This document shows positions 1 to 12,600 of a stretch of DNA of 64,000 bases, one piece after another. The translations under genes were made by a program, and so were the position numbers. The notes under the pieces are model-generated. The model was not told the DNA's origin. It worked only from the letters and a program-made list of their open reading frames with translations, and did no database searches. The DNA comes from Phoronis australis (lineage: Eukaryota > Animalia > Phoronida): assembly GCA_002633005.1 (NCBI GenBank), contig NMRA01000056.1, positions 813,024-877,023 of the forward strand, in the 5' to 3' direction. The stretch's first letter is position 1; the number at the start of each line of letters is the position of its first letter.

Positions 1-649
1 GGAATTCTTCACTAATTTTGTTTTTAGCACGCAACATGTCTAACACTTGAAATTCTATTTTCTCAAATTTCGCCAAAAAGTAAAGATTTAACAAAATTTA
101 GTCAATTATGAACGGGAAGTGTACAGCGAAGATGTCAAACACAACATTTAGTAAGACTTATTATAGCAATGTAATCTGCCTTCGAAAAATGACAAATTTG
201 ACACAATTATTTCTGTCATGTGTGCAAAATAAGCGGAGAATTGGTTAGAGAACGTTACCAACAAGCATTGTGCAACCATGATATGTCCGCTTTAAATATT
301 TACTGAATGGCAATTGTTTATGAATTTTTAACAGGTGACTACAACATCACATATGATTTGTTAAAATGTTGTTTCATGACAGTTATTACAGCAAAAACTA
401 TGTCATTAATTAAATTTCTTTGTGCTCATTTTTGTGGAAAAATGCGACAAAATGAATTTCTGTGTCGGCCATATTGAGTGCTAAGTATCTGAACAACAAC
501 AACATTCTTGTATTAGTCCAAAAATCCAACATTTTGGATTTAACAATGACTGTGTACCTGACTTCATGACCAGATTGAGGCTAATTTCAGAATGGATAAA
601 AGGTTCCAATTTGCTGGTAATTCATTGACAAATAGCTGTGCACACTAAC

Positions 650-3600
650 CTGGTGTTGTTGTCTTGTGATACACAGGACGTCTTGTGTTCTGTTCATCAC
701 CGTGGAACATAAGAAGGCGCTGTAAAGCAAGTTGATGAATCACATGACCAAATCCTGACAAGTTTACCAAATCACGAAAAAATGTTTGAGCTCAACTCTA
801 CAAACTGAAGCACTAGAAGGGGTTTTTTCCACAAAGCTTATGACCTCAGCATGAAAATTATGCAGTACCCCACTAATGGGGGTCAAAGTAGTAACTTGTT
901 TCCATCGTCAAAGCAACCCAAGAGATATCAAGGGCGACTGACAAGATGCAAAGGAATGGACAACCATGTCAAAATTGATGGCTTTCTGACATGTTTCTTT
1001 GCTTGCCCATGCCCTGAATGTCGGTAGAAATCATTTTCAATTACATTACGGAAATGGTTGTTGCTTATTTTGTGTGGTTGAACGACTTCACATATATGTT
1101 GCCATTTGTGTGGTGAATGTCTCCCGATAAAATTAGGTGAAAATTCATTACAGACCCTGTTCTATCCCCCTCAGTTGACTTTTGATTGATGCAGTGAAGC
1201 TTGAGATTCAGTGACAGTCACAAGTGAAGCGGGGGACCTTCACACAAGAATGTGACAAATCCCTTACCACACCATGTTGACGCAATGCTTTTTGCCCTTA
1301 ATCCATTCAAAGTCAGAAAGAAGGACCTTTATTTTATTAGCACCGCCTAGTGAAGACCAAGATGCCCATAACAGGCTCAAACCAACCCTGATAACATTTG
1401 ATGACCAGACCACAATATCCCAGTTGACATAGCCAGCTCTAACAAGACTGATTGTGAAAAGTTTGCTTTATCCCCAGCCTCTTCATAGTTAACTTCACAC
1501 AATCCAGAACTCAAAAATTGTCTAATGATAATTATGTTTGTTTAGAGAGTAAAAAACAGTAGAAAATACAACTGGGTTGCTTTCCATCGACGTACGATAC
1601 TCGTGAAAAAAGCTAGTGTCATAATCGTTAGGCATTATATTGAAAAGACTGGCGTGATCTAGCATTTCTACGAGATTCTTGACATGCATTTATGAAATGC
1701 AGCCCCAGAATTCTTACCCTTCTAAATCCCTCATCATCAGACTTCTGAATCAGTCCAAAGTCATGATCTTCCCCGTTGAGTATAGCATCACCTGGCTTGT
1801 TTATACCATCAACATCACCTACAACACCGTGCCTCTCTTCGCCAGCATTTACTTTGTCACCAGTGTCAACTGCATGATTTGGAAAAGAAAACGGTCTTTT
1901 TATGTCCTTTCCCTCACCATCCTGGCCAGGTGGACCTATGACATTCTTGTCCATACTATTTCTCCTGCTTATCTTGTTCATGTTTACCTGGCCTTTGATA
2001 GGAACCTTCCTGTCAAATACATCTTTGTCAGCCATATCGTTGCCTACCATGACATTGTTTGCCGTGTTAATATCAGCAATTCTGGCACCAGCCATGTTGT
2101 CGCCAGCCATATTGTTTGCTGGCACATTGTTTTCGGCCATATTGTTCGTAGCCATGTTGTTGTCAGCCATTTTATTGTCAGCCACATTGTTATCAGCCAT
2201 ATTGTTGTCAGCCATATTGTTGTCAGCCACATTGTTGTCAGCCACATTGTTGACAGCCATGTTATTGACAGCCTTATTGTCAGCCATATTGTTGGTAGCC
2301 ACATTGTTATCAGCCATATTGTTGACAGCCATGTTGTTGTCAGCCTTATTGTCAGCCATGTTGTTGACAACCATGTTGTTGTCAGCCATATTGTCAGCCA
2401 TATTGTTGACAGCCATGTTGTTGTCAGCCACAATATTCTGATGACCAGGCTGATGCCCATTCACCTTGCCATCAAGCCCACCAAATTCATGAAACGAGTT
2501 TCCTACCAGACCAACAGGTGCTGCAGTTTTTGTTCGGAACTGTTTCCGTCGGTTTTTACTCATTTTCTTCGTCTGCTTTCTGTGAAGAACTTGCTCATCC
2601 CCATTAACGGCTTTCACAGTCTTTTTATACGCAACCTTTTTTTCATTGCCAATGTTTCTTTCTTTTTGGTCATCAATTTCGTTTTCATCATTGACATTGC
2701 TGGTTGGCTTGAAGTTACTTCCAACAATTTTTCCTACGTGAACTTTAGGAACAGGAGTCTGGCTTTTTCCAACACCATCTGGCATCAAATTCCCATATTC
2801 TTTCTGTACCTGAACATGTTTTTGCCTTGACTTACTCTGTAGCAACAAAGTTTTCTCAGGAAGTATCTTACGGCTGACTGGTCTGCTTGTAATCATAGAA
2901 ACATCCCTATTGTCTGCATTTAACTTGCCATCAGCCTCCTGCCTCACCTTGTGACCCATATTGCGGCCATTTTTATTCAGATTCTTCCCAACAAACCTCC
3001 CATCATTCTCTCTTTGTTGTCCCCTCCCTCGACCATCATCTTCTCCCAGATTTTTAGTCCACTTCAAATTCCCGCCGTCTGCTTCCTTTGCTTTCTTCTC
3101 GTTTCCAAGTGGTTGATCATTCAGTGACCCCATGGCAAGCTTCAACGCCTGCTCATCTTTCGTCAGTTGCACATCGCCATCTGTCTGTTCGCGGCGCGGA
3201 TCCCCGTCCTTTATCTCTCTGTCCCATGTCTTGTCCATCAGCTTGTGATTGGGCAGCTGGGTTGTATGGGCAGTTTCACGGTCCCAGTGTTGTTCCCATT
3301 GGTTTTTGCCAGATTTGACAGGCATGTCCTCATTAACTCGTATCCACGATTCAGCAACGCCATCAACTTGGCTTGCTGCCTTGTTGTGTCGTACATAAAC
3401 TTGTGTAGTGGAAGGCAAAGAATGTACTCTTGGTTTCGTCTTTGCGTGTTGCTACGAAACAAAAAATAATAGTTGCAACACAAAATTCAGAAAATACATG
3501 CACTAACAGCTCCTCATTTTGGGATGAATGTTTCAAATATTTTAAATTCCAAACCACGTTAATGAAGTGCGTTAAAACTTAGTAGGAAGTTGTCTGATTT

Positions 3601-6600
3601 TTGTCTAGATGATGTCTTTGAGAAATGCTATGAGTTATGTATAAAACAGAACTTTTTGCTACAACTGTGTAAAAATTGGCACAACAGAGCAGGTGAGAAA
3701 GATGGGGGAACCGAATTCAGAATATTTTTGTTAGGAAACATATAAACAAACCAAGGCCACGCATCTAATCTTGGAACTTGAAATGATTCATGTGTGCTCA
3801 AGCATAACGTAGTTTACACAGGTGAGCGTCTAGTCTTAGTTTGCACTTGATGACCCCAAATTCGAGCTACAAACTCGAGTGAAAACTTGTAATTTTGAGT
3901 TCAGACTTAGTAAATTATATAATTAATGCTGATGTTGTCCAATATAGTGAATTAAACTTAAGCAAATTAACACGGAAAAAACAGGAACCCCAACTGGGAA
4001 TCGAACCATGGGCCTCTCGAATACCACTCTAGTGCTCTTACCACTGATTTTTCTGTGTTTATTTGTTAAGTACAGACTCAAGCTTATAACTTTAATTTTG
4101 GGGTTATCAAGTATGGACAAAGAACCATAGTCATCCACATGGCGCTATAATGTACAGGAGCAGACAATAAGGGTCACACCTATTAAGTTTGCACAAAAGT
4201 AGAATGGAAAATGGAAAGTATCAAAAATAAATTTGAGTTTGATTTCGAGAAAATCGAGAACGGCCCATAATTCAGGAAAATACTGTTAAACTAAAAACTG
4301 ACACTCTAGTGCGCTAACTGTAACGGTAAAGATTGGTAAGAACCCCCTTAAAATTCTAGGAGTATTTGCACATGGAATTATTACTATTCTCTGCACGGAC
4401 ACATGGCTGGAAAGATTTTTACCATTTCTATCTCCACTTCAACTTCAGTGCAATACAGTAAAAACCAGAGTGACACCATGCAGCAGGGACTCATCTAGGA
4501 CTCCAAAAATGGGGGTTCAAATTCATGAGATTGACACTCACTATATGCTGGTATTCTGTATGAGGTCACCCTAACATCACGTGACATGGAGGCATTTCCC
4601 AAAAAAAACAGGGCTGCCAGCATTTGCCAATCATGAGCGTGACATTTACAGCAAAAATAGACAGTTGTGATCACAGACACACGTCTAAATATTTATTGAA
4701 CAAAAACAACTAATTATAGGTTTCAAAAATTTAATCATCAGAAATGTTGAAATTCTTCATTTAGCCACCATTTTTGCCGAAGGTGTCTTGAAACAAGCCG
4801 CCTTTTTTCTCATGCTAGTGCCGTCATTTTAAAAACTGGCCAGCCATAACAACCATTAGACGAGTTCCTGCTACGCAGCCAGTATTAATTGCTAACAATT
4901 TAACAGCCCCCAGACTTCTAAAGTACTGACATGCAATCCGTCTCTTAAGATGTACTTACAAAGTGATTAGAGACCGGCTCTTGCTTTCTAACATAGATGT
5001 CAGGTTCATTTGCATCCTGCCCAACAATCCTTTGCACGGCTTCGTGCACAGTCAGCCTGCTTGACACGGAGTCTCCGTCCATAACTCCACTCTAAATAAA
5101 CGAAACGGGAAAAAGTCAGTCAAAATTAGGAATTACAACAGGACGACGGGTCTCACAGTGTCACAGCAGAGCTACGGTAGTTTTCAAACCAAGCTGGACA
5201 ACGTCAGAAGTCGACAAAATTATGACACACTAAATATCCATTTCTTTTTGAGAAGAACACGATTCAATTTGGGCTAAATCTCGGTCAAATCTCGACAGGT
5301 GTTGCTAGACAAACATTGTCGAAATAGCGATGACTAAATGCCTTACAAGTTCATAAACAAAAAAATTGGGCTAGGAGGAATAACATCACATTAAAGTACG
5401 ACTTAAACTCAACAAATATTGCGACAAAAATTGTCTAGACTACCGAAGCAATCCAGGCAAGAACTTCTCCAAACTAGGCGGAGTCAGACAGATTTCGGTG
5501 GAAGTGTATCCACTTTATTTTGAAAACTACTGTTAGCAAGGCAATACTACGATCAACGATATATCAGTCACGGAACTACAGTTTTGTTGACCGGGTTCTG
5601 TTACCTAAAGGGCCATTCAAAACTTTTGAATCCCTCCCGCCTGAATGTACATGAAACCAGCAATTTTCACATATTTATTGGTGTCTGAAATGATGAGATA
5701 GAAAACCACGATTCTGGAAGATAAATATTGCCAAAATTGTACCCACTGCTGACAAGTTACGTCACACAGAGCAACAACTGCCCTATTTAAGGAATGTTTA
5801 TATGGTCAACCACTAATCCGATGTGTCATTAATTAGATTACAGTGCAATATCAGTGGGACATCATCATTTAAGCACAACATTTATTAAATAAATAAAGTT
5901 TAATGCAAAGAGCTGACAGCAGGCACATTATAAAAATGATTTTGTAAACAAAAAGCACTAACTTGTAAACAGCTGCTCAGACTGGCTCAGAACAGATTGA
6001 ACAAAAGTTAATTATATCAACAAAACTGGAATAATGTTCAAACAAGGAAGCCCACAGCATTCAATTTTCAGCATTTAAAGCCCTGGTCACACATTGACAT
6101 CCTCTCAAATTTGTTACGGCATTCTCACACAAGTACATAGTAGACTTGGACAAGCATACATTCCACCGAATCATATTCGAAATGTATTGAATAGGCGTGG
6201 CCATTTCTTGACAGCTTGAGCGTAGTCAGAAGTTGGAAGGATCACTAAGATCGAGCTACGACAAGCACCCTGTCTTCTCACGAGTAGCCGATCTCCCCAG
6301 AGACCAAGCGTGCATGCGTGAACGGAATTAAACAAGAATTTGCGAATGAAACAAACATGCTGACAGATAGTACACAGCTCACTTTTTTTCGAACGAGTGG
6401 CAACGAGGCGTCGACCAGGCATCTAGAGGAAGGCAAATGACAGCCAAGCGCTCAACAAGACGGGTCATACATCAGCCATCACAAGCTACATCCCACGGAC
6501 CTGACCATTAGCGGTCTAGGCATCGCTCGTACAACAAATTACTGGCGAGCTGTACTGATGTACCACTGGCGTCACGGTTACTACTGAAAAACTGGGGTAA

Positions 6601-9600
6601 GGTCCATAGATTCAAGACTCTTGCGTCAATGTAAGATCGTGCAAGACCACGCAGTAACACACGCTGAGTGAAAGGTGAGTGTTTTGGAGAAAGCTCGGGA
6701 GCCTACGTTCAGTGTACCCTAACAGAATGTCGGACGCCTAAGTGATTCGTTTCTTCACGTTGGGATGTAAAATTATGAATTATAATCCACTGTTTCTGTT
6801 CCATAAAAGGCGATTTCCGGCTGCAAGTGCTTTGCAAGGGTCTTGGGTCTACAGAACGCAGTCCAGTTTCAGCACACCCATTACAGTAACCGTACGTGAA
6901 AGTCATGCCAAGCAAAATTGTTAATTATTGAGCAATACCTTCTTTTTGGATTTCCTGATTTTCTAAAATCAATTCTGATTATTACTTGATGTTTTTCATA
7001 CACCGACCATACCACCACATACCAGCACAGACTACAACAAGCTACAAATATTTCAAAACAAATGACAGGACCCTGAAAATAATCTAACAAGCAAAGTTAA
7101 ACCTTTCCAGGAAAAAGTGTCCTGTTCAATAAGGATAATATTTGTTCATACTTAGGGAGCTTCAAGGATAAAAGCTACTTAATTTGAAATCAATAACTAA
7201 AGGTTAGTCATAAGACTTTATCCACAAGTCTATGCATTCAGCCACATCTTCACAAGGACTTAACTCAAGACCGACGACTGTGTTACCACTCAGCTGTTGT
7301 AAATCATTATCACAGACAAAACCAACCTATTTGCAAAAACATGAATAGGAAGATTGTTCTCGTGAACACTTTAATGCAGTTGTGCAAACACGACCACCCT
7401 CAACAGAGCAAGCTGCATTTCACCCGTTTACTTGCCAATGGCGAATTCTTAACTGAAGCACTTTGAGGTTTGAAAATATGTGACAGTAATCCGATCTTGT
7501 ATTATTGCCGGATGCACTAGCAACTCAATTCACAGGCAATGCGGACAGGGGCCATTTACGAATCCGCTTAATATACAGTGCATGGACAAGAACCAGTTTT
7601 AATCCAATGGAACTTTCGACAGAAATGACGTGTGACTTAATTAGTGCATGAGTCGTTTGCGTTTGTCATGCAGTGTAACTTTAAAGACACCACAAGATTC
7701 GCCTACAATTGATTAGATCCAAACAATAGAAGTATTGAATATTTTTTCCACTTGATCAGTTTTATGGTAAATTGGATGTTGTTCCACAAAGTGACTGATG
7801 ACTAGCACAATATTGTCGTTACACTCAAACACTCAGCGGTCATGACGAGGAATCACGGTGATCCTTTGGCTTGAACTGTAAATGTTCTTTAAGATAAAAT
7901 CTCAAAGATATTGTTAAGTTTTATTCTCCTTTTTAGTTTTTTAAATCAAAATCATACAAACAATTGTTAGCCCATCGTGAAAAAAGAGGATCAATTTGAA
8001 AATTCTTTACAGCATTTTGGAGAACTGAACATAAAATGTAGTGTTCTATAGTTTTATATGAATTTGAACAGCCATTTCTGAGATATCATGTTCTGATTCA
8101 GAAGCTAGCCAAATTTGGAAATTTAATTTTAAATCTAGAAAACTTTCAACCAGAGCAGTTGCGAGACGGTGTTTCTTGACTTTGACATTGCCATGATCCT
8201 AGCACAGCAATACTTAATACCACCTAGCCTGCGGTACAGAAATTAACAACAAACCACTTTAAAATAATCAATCAGCTTAGCACTTGGCACTCAATATTGT
8301 GGAGAACTGAAATTTCAATTTGCCAAATTTATCAAGAAAAATAACGTTATTTTTACTTCATTATTTGTGCAGTCTGCCCTGTAAAGTTACCTGTTGTATT
8401 CAAGAGATGACATATTTCTTACAAAGTGTTTAGTTACCACAAAATCTGTTTCAGCAACAAATAATACACAGTAATCACTGGAGTCCATGAACTAATGAAA
8501 ACAATGAAGTGTCCACCTGGTTCTGGCTCTCGCACTGACTACACTGAATCCATGGTCTCAAACTGACCGGTCTCAAACTGACCGACTGCCAATAGAACAA
8601 AGCAGTCTATGTATAGAACACTCTCACTAGGTTACAGTAGGCACTAAACCTCAGCCTGACTGGATGACTCAAACTGGGTCAGTACCACAACATTACTATA
8701 AAACAAACCTTAAAGTAGCACTTAGAACACAATGTCAGCAGGCTTTGAAGAAATAGGAAATCACGCTTCCAGCACCAATAGTTGTACAATATTTCCCTTG
8801 ATAAACTAGACTGACTTGGTGTGTAATGATTTTTCATGCAAACTATAAGCAAAGTTCTTGTTATACATGAAAGTTATCATCAGTGTTAAGTCTTATAGTT
8901 TAAATGCAATAATAATCATTGTTTATTGTTTTCACCAATAGCACACACGCGCAGAAACACAGAAACTTTATGTTTCGCTTTTTGAAAACTTACCATTGTT
9001 AGAGACACAGCTAGACTACTACCTTGGCACACAATATTCCGGGAATTCAATTTTTTACTATAAACCAATCGCAGCAACTTCAGAAATATCTTCCTACGTG
9101 TTAATTCCACCAAACCTGAAAATGATTCACCATGTAGTATCTAACATTTCTAAAATCTATTGATCTATTTGAATTAAGCCTAATTGACCTATCGCTACGA
9201 TTTTGAGTGACGGCTTAACTGACCAATCAGAACGCAGCATTCTTGACACACCTTTGTTTCCAAGCTGCTATTTTACCCGACAAACAACACGTTGTCAGGT
9301 AAAACTTATTGTTTGTTTGTCCACTTTTTGTAAGGGCGTGGAGCTTGCGATAGGTCAATTACACTAGCAAGACATTTCCATTGGACACTTCTCTAACCAT
9401 CTTCAGGTGTTACAGGGTTCTTAGAAGAACGAGCACAGGTACACTCATAGTAGTCAATGATGGGCACCTTTTTACTTTATTTTTCAGAATGATGCTACCA
9501 CATCACCACCTCAAAGCGGTTTTTGGAAAACATGACGTAACAAAATTAAAAATAATTAAACCACTAGCCTACTTCTCACTCGAATTCAAGGTATTTTCTG

Positions 9601-12600
9601 AGTTTGGGAAGAACTGACAGTTCTCTATAGTCAACACCAGAGGCTGGTTGCATGAAACAGTCCCAAATAGGGACTCAACTTAGTTCCCTAAATCTTTTTC
9701 GTATTTGTTTCGTTCTTAAGGCATGGATGTAATATTCTTGTATAATATATCTTTATTATGAGCTCTTCTTTGACTAATGGCATTTTCTAATAATATATTA
9801 ACTAAAAACCCTTAATTCAATCAAAATAATTAGGGACTTAGTCCTAAAATTGGGGGTGTTGCATGCAAAGATCCCTTCTTATTTTCAATAATATTGAGAA
9901 TTTAATGTAGAGTTCACTCTCTATTTGTATCAAAGACAAAAACTGATTTATTAATAATAATAAACAACATAAGAAAGGGCAGTCATTGTTTTCACAAGCC
10001 CACAAATATGCAGAAGATTTAGGATACTTAGCTGAGTCCCTATTTGGGACTGTTTCATGCAACTGGGCACAGGCTCTATAAGCTGGCATGTCGTGACGGG
10101 TCATTTTATCCATCGAGGGTCTCACACAATAAGGATCTGTCAGTCAAGAAATCACTATGAAACAAGTCGACATATGGGTCATAGTAACACAACAACAAGT
10201 GTTTTATGTCCGCAGTTAGTTTCTTTGAGGAAAGGCACATTTACAACACCTCTAATCACTTGCTATTGCTTTCTTCGTTCCAGTACATTACAATGTAACA
10301 TAAGTTGTGAAAAACTACCGTTATCAAACTGTAAACCAATCTTAGCTAATTCATTTCAATGAAATGAATCACTAATGATGGACAATACGTTCTGTTTTCA
10401 ATCCATCACAGAATTGTTAAACAACCTACCAAATGGTACAAGGGAATGAAGAGATATTGTGTTTGGATTGGCTGTTGTTGTCGTTGTGACCTTTGATCTA
10501 TCAGAGGAGATAACCATGGCACTGCTGGAACCATTTGAATGTTGGAGTACACACTGGAAATCAAGAAAAATTGAATGAACAAATTTACAGTTTTATTTAA
10601 ACTCCAAAGAGGACTGCTTGCATTAAACCCACTTCAATGTCAATGACCAAAACAGTTTCTATATTCAACAAAGTCATATAAAAAGTTTGATTTTACATTC
10701 TACCTAAGTGTAAATTACGATATAATTCTTGACTTATTTGGCACACATATGGATGACAAGTGAAATTTGATTTTGTAAAATTTCTCTGCAAAAACATAGA
10801 TTAAGAAAATTTTAGCCTATCAGGAGCACGGATCACAGTGTGCACTTCATAACATCAAAATTTCCCCAAAATTCCCATTATTAGCAAAAAGGTATTCAGC
10901 CCTTGAAAATGGAAGATTTACCATTTTAGAAAAAATTTTTGTGCAAAACACACGAAGAATTTAATTATAACAGTAGTCCAAAATGGACGGCGCATAAACT
11001 AAGCTCATCCAACATGACTCACTGCACACAGTGTTGGAAACATAATTAACCTACAACTTAAAGGTTCAAGCACACAATAGAGACTCCACCTTGTCGCCAA
11101 TGAGGCGTCCAGACTTTTCACATCATAGATACCCCAAAAAACCTTAATTCATCAGCACAAGTTACATGGCAATACACAACTGCTCTGTTGATGCCATCAC
11201 ACCTAGTGTTTCTTTTCTGTGACTGATTATGCTAAGAGACCTGCAGTTTACTGGGGCCGTGGCAGTACAGTTTGACTTTCAAAAAGTTTTGTGCACTTAC
11301 TAAAGTATACATTTTCTGAAACCATAAAGCTTTAATTTTGGGTGTCACTGGGTCACATGTCCTAAAATATATATGGCAAAAATTCTTTAGTTTGGGACAA
11401 AAATAATAATTTCTAAAATTGCCATGCTTCTATTCATTAGATACTTACCACATTCTCACAAATGCTCAAAATTTTACTAGATGTTGTTTGGTAATAGCTC
11501 CGTCTTACAAAATAATGTCCCAAGCAAAGAAAATCTTCTTGAAAAGTTATTTTTGTTGAGAAATTTGTGTCTCAAACTAAAGATTTTTACCATATGTATT
11601 GGATGGCAAACCAACGGACCATAAATAACAAACAAATTTCTTAAATACACATCCTCAAAAAGTATCAAAAATGTTAATAGTCACAACATGACACATTTTG
11701 GATGTTTTGCGTAATCTTAAGGAATGATTTAAAAAGAATGCTTGTTCCAGTGAAAAAACATTCCCTCACCTGAGGGCTCTGAACTAATTTCAGGCATGTT
11801 TTAGATGGGAGAGGATGGCGGCCTTGCTGGACGGTGACTTTGACTAAACCACGAGCGGACCACGTCGCAAGACCAGTAACAATCTCTGTCAAGCACTTAA
11901 GTTTGCCAACGTCACATGACCTTCTCACCAAGTGCAGTAGACTACTCCAGGAGTTGACAAAGAATAGCCGCTGCGAACGAAAAATCAATCAAGAGATTGC
12001 AAAGCAAACTTTCTTGCCCTTGCATAACCATCGTATTCTAATAACGATCAAGACTAGTTACCTAATAACAAATTAACACTAATACTAATGACACAAGACC
12101 ACTGCGTTAATCTGAAGAGAGGTATCCAGTTGATGCTGTAATGAGACTAACTAGGTCAGTAATAAGCCCGCAAATATTAGTCAACGGCACTAGTCTGATA
12201 TAACGTGCCTGTATTTTGAGAACCCGTTTGATGCCCGTTATTCAGTGGAGAAATCTGGTTCTCAAAATTGAGGCACGTTATATCAGACCATTACCTTAGT
12301 CAACAGCGTCAAAAGAGAAACAATGAGAAGGCTTAACTGACAGATAACTTGCTGCAAACGCAGACTGCCAGACTTTAAAACCAACCTGTTTTTGATCTTG
12401 CGTGCGAATATTGGACACGTAAGTAACTTGACTGGAGGATATGAACTGAGCAACGACTTTCTCAAACTCATGTGGAAGTAAATTACCAGTCATGGATGTT
12501 AGGTTACTGAGAAACACAGTCCCAAAAAGAACCTGCAAGTAGAATGGAAGTCAAAAGTCAAAAATGGAAATTGAACAAGTTTATGCTCATGAAGCGTTCC

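Noticed and set aside
1679-2830. Plus-strand 383-aa and 179-aa hydrophobic repeat ORFs, and the 138-aa WLTT ORF
   Set aside because: Shadow frames of the stop-free 15-nt repeat; only the ADNNM frame splices in phase with neighbouring exons.
7024-8445. Possible extra exons of the minus-strand gene at ~7074-7025 and ~8445-8391
   Set aside because: Their phases do not fit the phase-0 junction between exons 9115-8994 and 5091-4960, which already join cleanly.
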